Shown here in pieces: positions 1 to 12,965 of a stretch of 64,000 nt of DNA. The stretch spans positions 1-64,000 of the forward strand of contig FLMG01003947.1 in assembly GCA_900088475.1 (NCBI GenBank). The letters are read 5' to 3'. Both the position numbers and the translations under genes were made by a program. The notes beneath the pieces are model-generated. The model was not told the origin of the DNA. It made no database searches and worked only from the letters and a program-made list of their open reading frames with translations. The stretch comes from Hyphochytrium catenoides. Lineage: Eukaryota > Protista > Hyphochytriomycota. The first letter of the stretch is position 1, and each line of letters begins with the position of its first letter.

Positions 1-1586
1 TCAAGTCTGAAAGGGCGAGAGCAGAGAGAATGGAAGATAAAATTTCATAGAGCACACCTCGAAAGACAAGGAAAGATCAGTGTGGACTGCCTCTTCTCTC
101 TCCGTCTCTTTTTCCTCACTACTTCTCTCCAGCCTCGAACTTCTTCTTTGCGGCCTCCGTCGCACTCTGATGCTCTCGTTCCTAGAACCATTCCCCTGCC
201 TGCTTTGGACAGATGAGCTTTGGAGGGAAGAAGAGAAGGAAGATAATGCACGATGAGACGCTAAGAGCCATACAATTGAAGTTACTCTTGTCTCTTCTTT
301 TTGTCCTCTCTGTTGACTTGTGGAGCCAGCCACAATGAGAGAGGAGCCAGGGACTGGAAAAATTTTGTCCTCAAGAAAGAGTCTCTTGGCTGTTGCTGTC
401 ACCGCCCGTCCGACCGGCCTGAGGTCCTGGTCTCTTTCTCTCTTCTGTTCCCTCACGCACGGTCTCTGCCCTCTGTTGCCACAATATAAGTCTTGGTCTC
501 CATTGGCTCTGTCTTGCTTCTTCGTCCACTAATAAAAAAGATCCATTGATTATGTTAGTGTCCCTAGTCCCTGTCCTCACGGTTGTTGAACCAGGCAGCA
601 TTATCTACTATTTTCTATGGCACTGCTTTGCTGGGGAATAAGCTTGGTCCCTATCATTGGTTCATCATCAAATTTTAGTGAGACAGAAGAGGAGAAACTA
701 GAGCCTATTGCCGAAGGAGAGAATGGCAAGAGACAGAATCGATGGTTTTTCCCCTTGTCGAACCTGGTAATATTCTTGGTGTTCTATTTCTGGTTGCATT
801 ATTCCAGGTTCTATTTACTACTTGATGAGTGTATGAGTGTGGCGTTCTAAATTATCGTTGATGTTGGGACATTTTCTATACACTACCTTAATCTATGGAC
901 CTTTTAGAAGTCCTCAGCACAGTAACCTTCAAGTCAAGGAGAACACCTTTCCAAATACGCGACAAAATGGGGTCAATTGCATTTACGGGGACCTGGCACA
1001 GTATGCTCACAGGCGCAGGCTTCTAAGGGCAGCGTCCTAATTATCAGCAATATTTGGACGTAAGTGGTCTAAACGTCTAAACTCCCCTACCTTGAACTGG
1101 CTTCATTAATCCCTCCTAGAATCTAGAACAGAAAAGCGATGCTAGATTATTTTTATAGGCGAGAGCAGGAAGAGTTTAGGCGGTTTTGCCTAAAAGTCCT
1201 ACCGTTACCGGTGGCCAAAGAGTTCACATGGTCTATTTTGCCTTTGTTTATATTACTGTCTTAGAGTCAATAGAAAAGAGAGGAGAAAGAGTCGGAAGGG
1301 ATGTCTCCTATCAAGCCTTCTGTGCCAGTCGGATCGCCCTTTCTTATCGGAGCGTTATTATTGTCTTTAGTAAATGATGGGAGGGGGAGACTAAGACGAT
1401 CTGAAAGTGAGAGAGTCTCAGCAGGAGAGAGAGAAAGAGAAAAGAGAAAAGAGTCGGACAATCTTCTGTGTGGCTCTTCTGCACCAAGAAAGAGAGATTG
1501 CGTCTCGGTGTTCGCCCTTTCTCACTTGGAGAGCGCCAGAGACACCTGGCCCTTCCCTGCTATTTCCCCTTATAAGGGACCAATTT

Positions 1587-1679
1587 AGAGAGAGAGAGAG
1601 AAGGGGAAAGAGAGAGAAAGAGAGAGAGAAAGAGAGAGCGCGCGCGGCAGCGAGAGAGGAGAGAGAGAGAGAGAGAGAG

Positions 1680-1714
<35 letters not shown>

Positions 1715-1716
1715 AG
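1587..1716. repeat. (GA)n/(GAAA)n purine microsatellite upstream of the MYB gene
   Basis: Directly visible runs gagagagaga...gaaagaaaga. Confidence 0.9.
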
Positions 1717-2649
1717 AGAACTATGGGGAGAAAGTCTAGGACTATTGCGAGGAAGCCGCGATACGGAGCTTTGGTCCTGGCCATACACAGAGGAAAAGAT
1801 CCCAGTTCTTTGTCCTACCGGCCATATCCCACAACTTCGACCTCCTGTTCCAACTGCTTCTTTTGCTCTGTCTCTTCCTACCTTTTCTTGTTTCCATGCA
1901 GGCTCTTCACCTCCTTTCCTTCTCCTCCTTCATTAGAAGACACAGAGTTCATGATGATTCGCCCTCCATATGTGCTGATGCTCAGCCATCACGAAAAAAA
2001 AAGAACCATTGGGTACAACCCTCACCCTTAGACCGTTTATTCAGGAGACTCTCGGGTTTGCGAGGATGGCTTACCTCTGATCTCCAGTTTCTCTGCCCTT
2101 CTCTCACCGCTCCATCTCCGCCTTTCTCTGACTCTTCCCCTCTCCCCTTCTTGCTCTCTCTTGCTTCACAGGCCTTATTGCTCTTGTTTGGGGTGAGGTC
2201 CCTGTCCTATTGTCCTATGCATGCCTGACCCGTGGTGATGGCCACCCACCTGTCAGCATGTCAACCTTGCAAATCAAGAAAGAGAGACGGGAGAAGAGAG
2301 GTGAGGTGTAGAGGGTAGGACGGTAGGGAGACTAGGCAGAGAGACTACCATGCAAGAGAGAAACTTCGCAGTCGCATTCTGCCCCTCTCCCTTTCGGTGA
2401 CTTCATCATCAGAACCAGATCTTCAGCTTCACCTTGTCGGTCCTTTTGCTTCCTTTCTTCCTATTTCTCTTCTACTCTCCCCACGTACAGAATTAGCACC
2501 GTATCTCCTGTGAAAGGACGGGGCATGATCCCCTGCAACACCTTTCTTCTCTGTATGTCGGAACCAACTCGCCAGTCCTGAATTTCCCTTGCCGAAAGCA
2601 TCCACGACGATACAAACGTCGCTTGCTCCATCCATCTTACATACTTACA

Positions 2650-3840
2650 ATGAGAATTCCAACGCCTTATGACACCATGGGAGTGACTCACGTCCTTCCT
2701 CCAGTAGGAACTCTCTTCCCACGAGGGAGAACAGCATTGGAGCCCTCATTTTCTCCAGAAATGGCAGAGGAGGCACTGAGATGGGAGACTACCAAGCTGC
2801 CAACAACACCTCCAAAAAGAGACGTCGCCACTCTTCCCAAGCTTGACCAGACCCTCACATCTGCCCCTACCTCTCTCTCCCCAGCCTTTTCCAAGCAGAC
2901 TTCTGGCAACCTCTTACCTGCAAGCGCTGCTCCCGCTGCCTCCACGACAATGCCAGCTTTTCATCCTTCATCGGGTGCTCCTTTCCAGCCCCTTAGCACC
3001 CGGTCTGTTCTGGAAAGATCCGCCGTGAGGCCTCTCTCCACCGGAGCTACACCTGAGAGGAATGCTGCAGATAGAAGAGCACTGAGGAGACCCTTTCCAT
3101 ACGACAGACCGGAAAACAGAGGGGTCAAGCGCCCTTTGCTGGCAGGGATCCCATCAATTAGCTATCCTGTGATCAACAATAGCCAACAGACAGGTTGCAG
3201 AACCATTGCGGTGCCTGTTCCCTCTTTGCCTTCTCCGTCACTACCCCATCCAGCCACTCCTTCGCCAGTAATTCCATCCGATATAGCGCTTGCGTACGGC
3301 TACGCAATGCCACATGCATTTTTCGGTGAGAGAAGGGCCCAGGCCCCTCTGCTCTCCACGGCAAATGGTCGTCTTTACTACGTGGATGTGGAGCCAGGAC
3401 ACTCTGAGGAGCAAGCAGTAGAAGGCGTGAAAGTGGGCCGCTGGACAGAGGAAGAGAAAGAGATATTCCTGCATGGCATGCGTCTTTATGGCTTTGACTA
3501 TAAGAAGATCGCTAAGCTCATAACTACTCGGACTATCACCCAAGTTCGGACACATGCACAGAAAGTCTTTGCCAAGTACAGGGGCCCTCAGCCTTCCAAG
3601 AAATCTGCAGCGTCCACCCCATCTTCTCCCTCTGACGACCAAAGCTCGGTTTCTAGCCCAGCTCCTAGCATCAATGACAGCGTATCAAGCCCTCAGCCTG
3701 ACTCATACGTCAGAGAAGTCGAGGTCAAAACGGTACCCATGGGCGTCGATGCACCTGCGGACATAAGTGTTTCAACTGCTTCTCCGCCACCGCGGTGTGA
3801 TGGCCTTAGCAAGCTACTCATCGCCAGCCAACTAAATTAA
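2650..3840 (+). CDS. MYB-related (SANT) transcription factor, SHAQKYF class; single exon
   Basis: Long ORF, first ATG at 2650. Contains GRWTEEEKEIFLHGMRLYGFDYKKIAKLITTRTITQVRTHAQKVF, a single MYB repeat with the (S/T)HAQK(Y/V)F signature, flanked by Pro/Ser-rich disordered sequence. Confidence 0.9.
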   Translation: MRIPTPYDTMGVTHVLPPVGTLFPRGRTALEPSFSPEMAEEALRWETTKLPTTPPKRDVATLPKLDQTLTSAPTSLSPAFSKQTSGNLLPASAAPAASTTMPAFHPSSGAPFQPLSTRSVLERSAVRPLSTGATPERNAADRRALRRPFPYDRPENRGVKRPLLAGIPSISYPVINNSQQTGCRTIAVPVPSLPSPSLPHPATPSPVIPSDIALAYGYAMPHAFFGERRAQAPLLSTANGRLYYVDVEPGHSEEQAVEGVKVGRWTEEEKEIFLHGMRLYGFDYKKIAKLITTRTITQVRTHAQKVFAKYRGPQPSKKSAASTPSSPSDDQSSVSSPAPSINDSVSSPQPDSYVREVEVKTVPMGVDAPADISVSTASPPPRCDGLSKLLIASQLN

Positions 3841-3985
3841 GGAGGATCTCATCCTTTCAATATCTATTGCAACGAGGGGCGACTAACAACCTCTTTGTCA
3901 TGCATATCCGACTAGAGTCATATATTTTATTTATGTTTGAACCTAATCTATATACAATGAGATTTACTATCTGCCTGTGCTGGGA

Positions 3986-4093
3986 GACCACTTTTACCGC
4001 GTCCTCTCTCGCCCACCACTGTCCCCTGACTCTGATCTGACCACTTTTACCGCGTCCTCTCCCATCCACCACTGATCCCCTGACTCTGATCTG
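3986..4093. repeat. Two-copy ~53-bp tandem duplication
   Basis: gaccacttttaccgcgtcctctc...ccaccactg(a)tcccctgactctgatctg starts at 3986 and again at 4039. Confidence 0.85.
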
Positions 4094-4350
4094 TCAATCC
4101 TCCTAGTCCAAGTGAGCTTTCGAGAACACATAAATTTATAGCCACATGTATTGCTGTTCGTGTCTGAAGAGTCACTCAGCAGGTTCAGGGGAAGCTTCGA
4201 GCAAATAAAAAACAGTGATAAATGCGAGAATATGAGGCTGATTATTGCTTTAGCCAGGTGGTGTGCCTTTGAACAGCAGTACTAGAATGGTCCCTCATAA
4301 CTTGTCTCTCTCCTTAGCTTGGTCCCCGACGTCTTCACAATTTGGCAGCC

Positions 4351-7284
4351 CTAGTCGTCCTTGCTTCTTGCAGTTGCCTGGAATAGCGGATTGTCCAGCA
4401 TTGACGGTATGTACCCTGGCTGGTGCACTTCATCACTATTTCCAGCTACTCCTGTTGCCTTACAGCTCTGATTCTCGTCCGCTTTATCTCCTCCTAGGGG
4501 TTCTGCAGCTTCCTTATGTCTATCAAGCACTCTCGAGATGAAATCCATGACTTTCTGATAGTAGGCTGAGCCGCCTCTGAGCCAAGTATCGTTGTGAGTG
4601 CCGGTGGACACCTCAAACCACATCTTCCCTAGTACACATGCTTGGCTTAGAGTTTGCAAAGAAAAAGGAAGAGAAAAAACGGACGGAATGGAAGGTCGTA
4701 GCACCTATGGGTAGGCCAAAGCATTGGTGGGCCTAACCGCGGTTACGGCCAAACGAAGGTAGGCGAGAATCAGGAAAGGAACAAGAGCGACACGAGCCGG
4801 CAAAGGAAATGTATACCATCACTAAGGCTAGCCTCGTCGTAGAGCAATCGCATGTGCCGCGGTGGGACCAGCTCGTCTTTCAGTCCAGAGATGAAGAGTA
4901 TGGGCACCTTCACGTTTCCTAAGTGGTTCGAGACCCAGTCAATAGTAACTAACAGACTTGCCGAAAGACGAGTAAAGAGGGGAGGTGGTGGAGTCTGATT
5001 CTTATCTACGCCTATCTATATGAGAACAGGAAGGGGTTGCACGTACTGAGACATCCGTGTAAGCATGAGACAGAGTTGAGTTGATCAGCAACAGAAAATT
5101 AGAAACGAGTGCAGCCAGTAGAAAGGAATGGAACAAAAGGAGGAGCTTTCAACCGCCCAGGATGAGTTCAAGGTCCTAGAAAGTCCAGTCCTTTCAAGTG
5201 GAGTCTTACGGATTCTGTCTATACTGGACCATTTCATCCTTAGGACAAAGTGCTTAAGATAGCGCAACTGTGGCAGGATCTCGTCCACCATGGAGCTGAT
5301 ATCAAGAAAGGTGTTCTCCAGGATAACTCCGGCCACCTAAGGACACGGCAGAGATTCGAAGCGTCATAACATTGAATTACGAAAGGACGATTGTCGGCAG
5401 ATTGAGACTCATGGAAGACAAGCGGAAAGATGAAGCGTTGCAGCATACCTCATCTGGGTGCCTCTCTACCAATGATAGGCTCACAGCTCCTCCCAAGGAT
5501 CGGCCCAACAAAAATATCTTCTTCGGGTCAATGTCAGGGCGCTTCCGAAGAAATCTCAGTGCAGCCTGCAGTAAAGTTTAGACTCTTCTGATTCTATCTC
5601 CAGTTCCCGTCGACCTCATCCCCCATGCTCCCACTAGCTCACAATCTCCTACAGTCTGTCTTCTTCCTCTCCTCTGACTCTCTTTATTCTAAATCTCTTC
5701 GTCCGTCACATCCATCTTCCTCACCTCCGCGTCTCTTCTTAGTCCCTCCTCGGTAGGGCTGCCCTCGCTATTGCCAAACCTAAGGATTGACAGATGGATG
5801 AACATTGCGTAGAAGGCAGTCTCGACGAAGGAAGAGACGAGGAGGATAGGGAGTATTGCAGAGCTAGATGCGAGACGATGATGGAACCAATAAACAACAA
5901 GATGAATTATGACTGGGAGACTTACCCTCTGTAATCCACCATCAAGATATTCACCTTTGCCCGCCGATGGAGCTCTGCGCAGTTTGGAAGACGAAAGCCA
6001 ATATCTGACGATACGATGAGGTCAGTAAGCAGGAAATAGATGACAAGACAAGCAGCAATGAGCATCTCAAAAGATGAGAGGGGTCACCACAAATTAAGGC
6101 CGTAGCTGCTTTCTTCCTCAAAGGATTGACGGCAAATCAAGGTGGGACTGGCAATATTGGCCAAGGGGTGACACGGAAGAAAATAAGCCCATGCAGGGAG
6201 CCCTGCGTGACTTACTTCCTGCATTTCCGTGGAAGAAGATAACAGTGGCGTGCTTCTCCATTGCTTCTGGCTGCTTGAGGAGCCACGCATGGATCTTAAC
6301 TCCATCAGCTGCTTCTATCATATGATCCTCAAACGGGATACGGTGCTCGGCAGGAGATCGATAGCCTAGTTTAGAAAGGGAGGAAACAAGCATTTAGTGG
6401 ACTAGGTACAGAGACAACGGAGATGGTTGTCAGAACAGGTTGTCAGAACAGATAGGGAGACTGAACAGCAATGAGACGGTACGCAGAGTGAAACGGTTTG
6501 AGGCTCAAGTATGAACGCAAGCAGAGAACGTCATTGGCAAAACTGGCTGGAACGGAGCCAATGGTACATGGGACGCCGGCAGAGGAGGCGTTTAGAGAAG
6601 CGATTGAAAAGATGGTGGAAAGTATGGGACGACGCTCGACGAGTGCGAGAGTTAAAATAAAAGAGCAACGGAGGACGGCTCAATATCGGGAGAAGAAGCT
6701 CAATGTTTGGTTCAGGCTCATGATTGGGCACAGAAGCTCAAGATCAGGCAGAAGGAGCAAGGTCTGGGGAAAGCTGACTCAGACAGAGAGTAAGGACGGG
6801 AACAGAATAAGTCCAATATGTATGAGAGATAGGGTGCTTGTGCAAATGATGGGAATATTTTGCCCTCTGAAGGGCTAGAGATAGAGGACGCAGGGCAGCG
6901 AGTGAGGACACCTCGAGGATTATCAGCTGGATGCTTCGGGGCGCCTGGAACATTGAGAGGGAGAGTGTTAGAAGGCGCCCTATAATGGACAGTGTAGCGC
7001 ATGTAGGAAGACATGACAGCTGGACAAAAGACAGCGGGCGTATGCTCTCTCAAGCAGAAATATCGGGGAGAGAGAGATGTACGGTCAGGAATAAGGGAAA
7101 NNNNNNNNNNNNNNNNNNNNNNNNNNNNNNNNNNNNNNNNNNNNNNNNNNNCTGGAGGCGCCGGGTGATAGAGAAGCTTCTCCTGGTGGAAGTATAAAAT
7201 AGTAGCGAGTACGAAGAAAATCCCGCCTCCAACGTAGCCGACAGTAGTCAGCCAGGATATAAGTGTCTGCGTCATGGATGTCAT
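4351..7284 (-). CDS. ABHD13: Alpha/beta hydrolase ABHD13 / BEM46 family, multi-exon
   Basis: Exons give an N-terminal TM segment plus LYFHQEKLLYHP, then ADGVKIHAWLL..TVIFFHGNAG, KNIFLFGRSLGGAVS (catalytic Ser, GxSxG), GVILENTFLDI, ILFISGLKDELVPPRHM and GTHNDTW. An assembly gap lies after exon 1. Confidence 0.9.
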
Positions 7285-8113
7285 GCTCCGCGTCTTCCCG
7301 CACGAGCTCCAACGTAGCCAACGTAGAGTGAAGAAGACCTGATGGGAGGCAATCTTTGGGGCCGGACGCCCTAATTAAAAGCCCCGCTTATTATCCTCCT
7401 TGTCTTGGCCCTTGGCCCTTGCCTTTTGTTTGTTGGCCCCTTGCGTTGGCAGTTGCTTGACAACCACCGGATCGCTAGGAAATAACTGGGCAGACCAGAG
7501 GGGTGTGTCATTCACTAGATTACCCTAGAAAGCTGCATGGGAGGAAAGGTATGGCACCACTTCGCGGCCGGACGGAAGAGAGATGACAGAGAACGACGAG
7601 GGAGAGCAGGAACTTGATATGTGTGAGAGAGAGACGAGGGAAGGATAGCAATGGGCCCTCCGATGGCTTCCTCGTCAGCGCTGAAAGGGCAAAAAGTGAA
7701 AAAGTGAAAGGGCAAATCTGGGACCATGAGAAGTATGCATCACCCTCATCTCTTGAAAGCCAGAGTGATGTCACCATCATGGGAATTCGGAATAATACCA
7801 TGGGTCTTTCCGCATGTAACAAAGCAGACATAACAGCAGATTAGGGATTAATACTCTGTTTATCCAGAACGCCTTAAGCCAGAGCGCAAGAGATGCACCG
7901 TAAGTGCCAGCTTCCAGGCCAAGATCCATCTCTCACGGTCATTGCGCTGCTTCCTTTCCCTGCTCATCGCCCACCTATCAGTCTCTCTCTCACTTGTGAT
8001 CCTTCTTGTCTCTCCTGCCGCTCACTCTCTATTCTCCACAATCTCTGTTTCAAGGCTTGGCCCCAGCGTAAGGAAAGTGAGGAGTACGAGGACCATCGAG
8101 ACTTAGGGACGCT

Positions 8114-9490
8114 ATGTCAGAGAACTATGTGGTCCGCACCTTCAGGACCAAGATCCTTAACCCAATGGTGCAGGTCGTCAAGTCAGGAGGTGAGGCTCTC
8201 GGGCACGCGCAGATGTGTCTCCTTTCTTCACTCTGCTGCCTTTCACAGTCTGTCCTTCAGTTCTCAAAGGACTGCTCCTGCCATCTGTTAATCTTTATTC
8301 TCTCCTACACTCACGTGCTTTCTAGCTATGCCTGCTCGCTTTCTATCATACTCATCCATCCCTCTTTGTTTAGTCACCCCAGAGAAGCTAGCTTTATCTA
8401 TCGCATGCGGAGTAGCGGGCGGTGAGTGGGCATACTCAGATAGACATATCTACCTACAATCGCTTCTTCCATTTGGTGCATTTCCTTCCAGAGAGTCATT
8501 ATAAGCCTTTGGCCTGTTGGCCACCATCTCTTCTTCAACTAGTCTCTTTTGTTTCCTGTGCTCAGTCCATGCCTTGTCATTTGCTCGTTTCTTCTTGCTC
8601 TTGGTCAAGCCTTTGGCTGCCCTTCTTCTGACTGGCTTCAACTGTTCACTTACACTTGTTGTTATGAAAACCTGCGGCAGGAGTCTTCCCTATTCCTGGG
8701 CTTACCTCGCTTCCGGTGGCAGTGTTCATTGCGCTGCTTGGCCTCAATCCTGTGGCCTCAATGACCGTCAACTATGCGGTGACGCCTCTAAACATTGCCT
8801 CCGTTCCCGTCTTTATGTACTACGGAGCCCGGCTTGTGGGTCAGCAGCCCATTGAATTTTCCTTAGAGTCTATGATGACGGTAAGTTTTCCTTTTTCATT
8901 ACCTGTGGGTCACTGCTCTCTCTTCCAAGCTGTATGATTCCTCTTCTACTGCCTGTAGTGTACGACGCGGTGACCTCCGCTCTACCTTCCGTCAACTGCT
9001 TTATCTCTTTCCACTTTGTCACACAAGGCTGTAAGTCTTCTTCTTCCTGCTCTCCTGTACTCGCCTTTTAGCTCTTGAGCGCCGATCTGCTATAAGCGGT
9101 ATCGCAGTGACTACTTTTCTTCCTTTTCTTCAGACGATTGCCGTCGTCACATAAGTCTTCTACAATCTCTTTGCTGACTGCGCATTCATCTTCCCGTTAC
9201 CGTGACAGCGCAGTTCGTCTCCATCTTACCCTTTTCCTCCTCATATTCCTTCGTCGCCTCAGGCCTTTGGACAGGACAAACTGGGCACGCTCAGGCACTA
9301 TCAATGGGCCTTGATCAATGGCATCATCGCCTGGTTCGCATTCTGTCCTGTAGCGATTGCTCTTCTGTACTTCCCTCTCCTCCCTGTTATGCGCAGACTT
9401 CTACCCCGTGAACACCCAGCTTCTTCTTTGTCTCGACGGGGTTCATCTCTTAGCAAAGACGGCAGCGAAAAGCTAAAGAAAGCAGTTTAA
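8114..9490 (+). CDS. DUF2062-family membrane protein, 4 exons
   Basis: Spliced product MSENY..NPMVQVVKSG|VTPEKLALSIACGVAG|GVFPIPGLTSL..LGLNPVASMTVNYAVTPL..|..WALINGIIAW..KLKKAV*. The 'G.TPEKLALS...G...GxFPxxG...LN......N....P' pattern is typical of DUF2062. Confidence 0.75.
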
Positions 9491-9897
9491 ATAAGAGTGC
9501 CACGGATTGTGGGGAACAGGCAAGATGAAGTATCTCCTGCTTCTACTTCCTAGTGTAGGTGAGCCAAAGTCGTGCCAGCGCAGCGCGGTAGAGGGATTAG
9601 CCCGCCCACGTTTCGCTGGGCCTTACGATGAAGGGTCAAGGAAACTCTTAGCTTCGCCATAGACTCGAGAGAAGTACGTCACAAAGCGTCAAGTTAGCGT
9701 GTATGTCTCCATGGGCTGACTGGGACCATAGCCGGAGGAGGAGGTCCGTTGAAAGGTTGAACAACGTCGTAGAGAGTCATCCTATCACACCATTAGCACA
9801 TGTCATGTTAGCGTGTCAACCATCCGGTTTTGACAGGGACAATAGCTATCCAAGAAGACGAGCCAGCTACGCAAAACCCCAAAGACGCGGGACAGGG

Positions 9898-12641
9898 TCA
9901 CCCTAGCATGGCTGCCGCTCTCTCCCCCAACCAGAGAGATGCAGTAAGGCCCGGAGACTCGATCCCCAGCAAATTAATTAGGCCTGGGATGCGATGGTGC
10001 TCATAGCCCTACGTGAAGCAAGCGAGTCCATCAATATCCCTATTTTGAAAGGGGGCTTCATACATATGCCGATGGTCCTCTTCTTTCCCATTAGTCAAGA
10101 CTTCCGTACACCGCTGGTCACATCATCTGCGAGCCCCATCTTAATGTGCTGCCTCTGTCACAAACCTGGAGTAAAAAGTCCCTAGACTCCTCTCCTGGAC
10201 CTGAGATCTTGGGCCTGATGCCAGAGTAATCGGGCTCGAGTTGCCCATCCATAAGGCCAGGCCAGTAGTTCCTGATGCGAGAGTAAAAGTGTTCGGCCCG
10301 CCCAGCGTCTACCTAAAGGTTACAAGATCAGACGTCACCGGATAAGCTAGTATACAAATAGGACAAAGAAGCGGCTTCAGAAGGCAAAACCTCTTAGGAG
10401 GCGGAGAAGAGTTGAACAAACACCAGACTTCCGGGGTACGACTTCAAATGAACGGGACCACCAGCCACTGAAAGGGGATGGGCTAAGCAGTGACCTACGG
10501 AGTAATCCTCCTTCTCAATCCACTGCACATCGGGTCCAAAGCGTGTGCTTCCCTGAAGATCAATGGTGGCATGCACGCCGAGTCCTCCAGGCTCTGGCAC
10601 AGGGTATATCAGTCGCCTACACCAGTCGTCGGGCAACGCAGCACAGAGCATAAGGCAAGCGCAGATTGGCAGCAGCAAACAAGGACTACGCGGGTGATGG
10701 GATGGTAGGTGTCACGATATTATCAGTGAAAAGCAGCAGCTGACAGAAGGAATATGCAGGGAGAGGAGAAGGCGCACTAACGTGAAGGGTGAACGGCCGC
10801 TGAGCCTAAAATAGTTTCCCTTGGCTAAGTACGGAGAAGGCAGTAGGGCTTCGTAACTCGACTGATCTTGTGGGACACGCACGGAGCGAGCTAATGGAAC
10901 CGCAAGAGACGTCAGCAATATAAAGAACGCATAGCATCCTTAACGGAACAATGAAGAGTTGGTAGAGCGGATGTACAGGACAATATATCGAGAAGCCATC
11001 AATGCAAAAGCAGCGTCAGAAGTCCAGAATGGGAATCACGACGGGGAAAGGCCCTAGGTCCATACATCCCAAGCGGAGAAGAGACAGGAGCCTCCGCATG
11101 AAAGATATAACCCTCGCAGTCTTGTAGGGAGAGAGTACATATCTGACCTACGGCTACGCTCTTCAATCCAGCGGCGTTGACCACCACATCGCACTGGAGA
11201 GAAGTCTCAGCCGCTTGCACCTCAAACCTTCGCTTCCGCTCCGTCTGCACTCTTATCCCTTCCGAAGCAGTGTGGAACGCAATTATAGCGCCCCTTTCCT
11301 CCGCTATGCCCTGTAACGATAGGGATATAGGTCATGTGATCAGTGAATGTATTCGGGAGAGAAGCAAAAGAAGTCCGAACAAGCGATTCAGTCTATATAG
11401 TATCTGACTACCCGGAGGATGTAATCAATGGCCTGGACTTCGTACCTGGAGAGTTAACATCAGCGCATGGCTGTCTACAATGCCACTAGATGGACTAAGC
11501 AAGGCCTAAATGATGCAGCAAGCCTCTCAGCCAAAGGGTTATCGGAGCGAAAGGTTCCACGCATAACGTAAGATAGGTTAGACAAAGAAGAGTTAGGAGG
11601 AGGGAAACCGAAGCAACGAGATTGCTGACGTATTAGCCATCCAAGACGAAACACAGTGGACCTAGAGAAGCTGATGATGAGAGAGGAGCGATCTCTGAAC
11701 CTTCTGGCAGCGGACTTCGGGCTCTAGTTGGGCCACATCCTGTGAAGAGAGCAATTGCAGATCATTGACACCATTTGCAGCAGCTCTGTGTCTAATCTGA
11801 TCAAGCTTCAACGACTACGTGTAGCAGAGGAGCAGGCGCCAGAGTATGGAGAAAGAGAAAAGATAAGGGGTTTGGTCCAGCAGCGAGGAAGGTGTGGGCA
11901 ACAAAGGTGTAGTCATCGTCGGTGACGGCAGCTGAGAAGTACACAGCTGAGAAGTACACAATTGAACTGGGGTGATAGACAAAGCGAAGGTTCTGACGAG
12001 AAAAGCTCAGAGGACTCATTAGAAAGGAGCTTCACTTTCATTCCTCTTTCTTTACCACTCTTACCTCGGTCTCATTGGTAGCAACAATAAGCTTGCCGCA
12101 CCGATGGTGCGGTATGTGGTGCCTTTGAACAAAGTCATAGAGAAGCTTCTTCCCCTCTACACATGCTTGCGCCTTGATGCTACCGGGTGGATAGTATATA
12201 CCAGCTGCAAGCATGCGCGGAGTTGGTCAGAGGATAAACGGTGGCATGGCGCGAACAACACGTAAAACCGGGATGGTAACAATGGTAAGACCAAATGGCG
12301 GAGCATCCTCCGACTCAAGGCTCTTAACAAGAATGAGCCAGAGAGTGGTCGTGCAGGAAGAGGGGGCATAGTTTCTGTTAAGGTACCATGAATAACCTCG
12401 CTGTTTCTGGAGCTCACTCCGGCACCAATGGCGCCTGTAGCCTCAAGTACTAGAACCTCGAAGCCTGCATATCGTCAGCGGGTTCAGAAGTGAGATCCGC
12501 TGAGGCCAAAATAGCATGAAGCCAACCCGTGGGGCAGAGAATGGCTATACCTCGCTTGCTAAGAGCGGCAGCGCTCGCTAACCCAACCACTCCAGCTCCT
12601 ATGACGCAGGCAAGACTCTTCTTTTTGGTTACTGGCTGCAT
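9898..12641 (-). CDS. L2HGDH: L-2-hydroxyglutarate dehydrogenase (FAD-dependent, LhgO-like), multi-exon
   Basis: [10 protein letters not shown] (Rossmann), SSRNSEVIH(A)[68 protein letters not shown] and C-terminal [22 protein letters not shown]. Confidence 0.92.
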
Positions 12642-12707
12642 TAACGCACTTCAAGAGAAGACCCTCTTACTCGTCTCGCACCTACGCCACTGCTTCTGCC
12701 AGGGCAC

Positions 12708-12965
12708 TACAGCTATCTAGAGCTCCACCACACAGGGTTCAGCACCCCACCATACAGCTCAGCAGCTCGGCCACACAGCTCCACCATACAGCTCCAGTAC
12801 TCCAGCATAGAGCTCCGCAGCTCCAGCGCACAGTCCAAAGACACAGCTCAGGATCTACAGCATACAGCTCAGCAGCTCCTACACACAACTCAACCGGACA
12901 GCTCCAGCCCTTCGTCAACAAACAGCAGCAGCAGCTTCGATTAGGAAGTACACAGGTTCAGCAGC
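12708..12965. repeat. Degenerate (A)CAGCTC(C/A) low-complexity repeat between L2HGDH and NAXD
   Basis: More than ten imperfect cagctc units interspersed with caca/cata. Confidence 0.7.

Noticed and set aside
1407-1788. ORFs rich in RE/SL dipeptides (also near 20751-21165, 21830-22431, 32137-32517, 45737-46385)
   Set aside because: Translations of GA/CT microsatellites, not genes.
8450-8641. Lys/Arg-rich antisense ORF inside a DUF2062 intron
   Set aside because: Non-ATG start; it is the complement of a pyrimidine-rich intron.
11674-11700. ATGATGA...CTGA resembling a C/D snoRNA
   Set aside because: Too short and on the strand opposite the host L2HGDH transcript.
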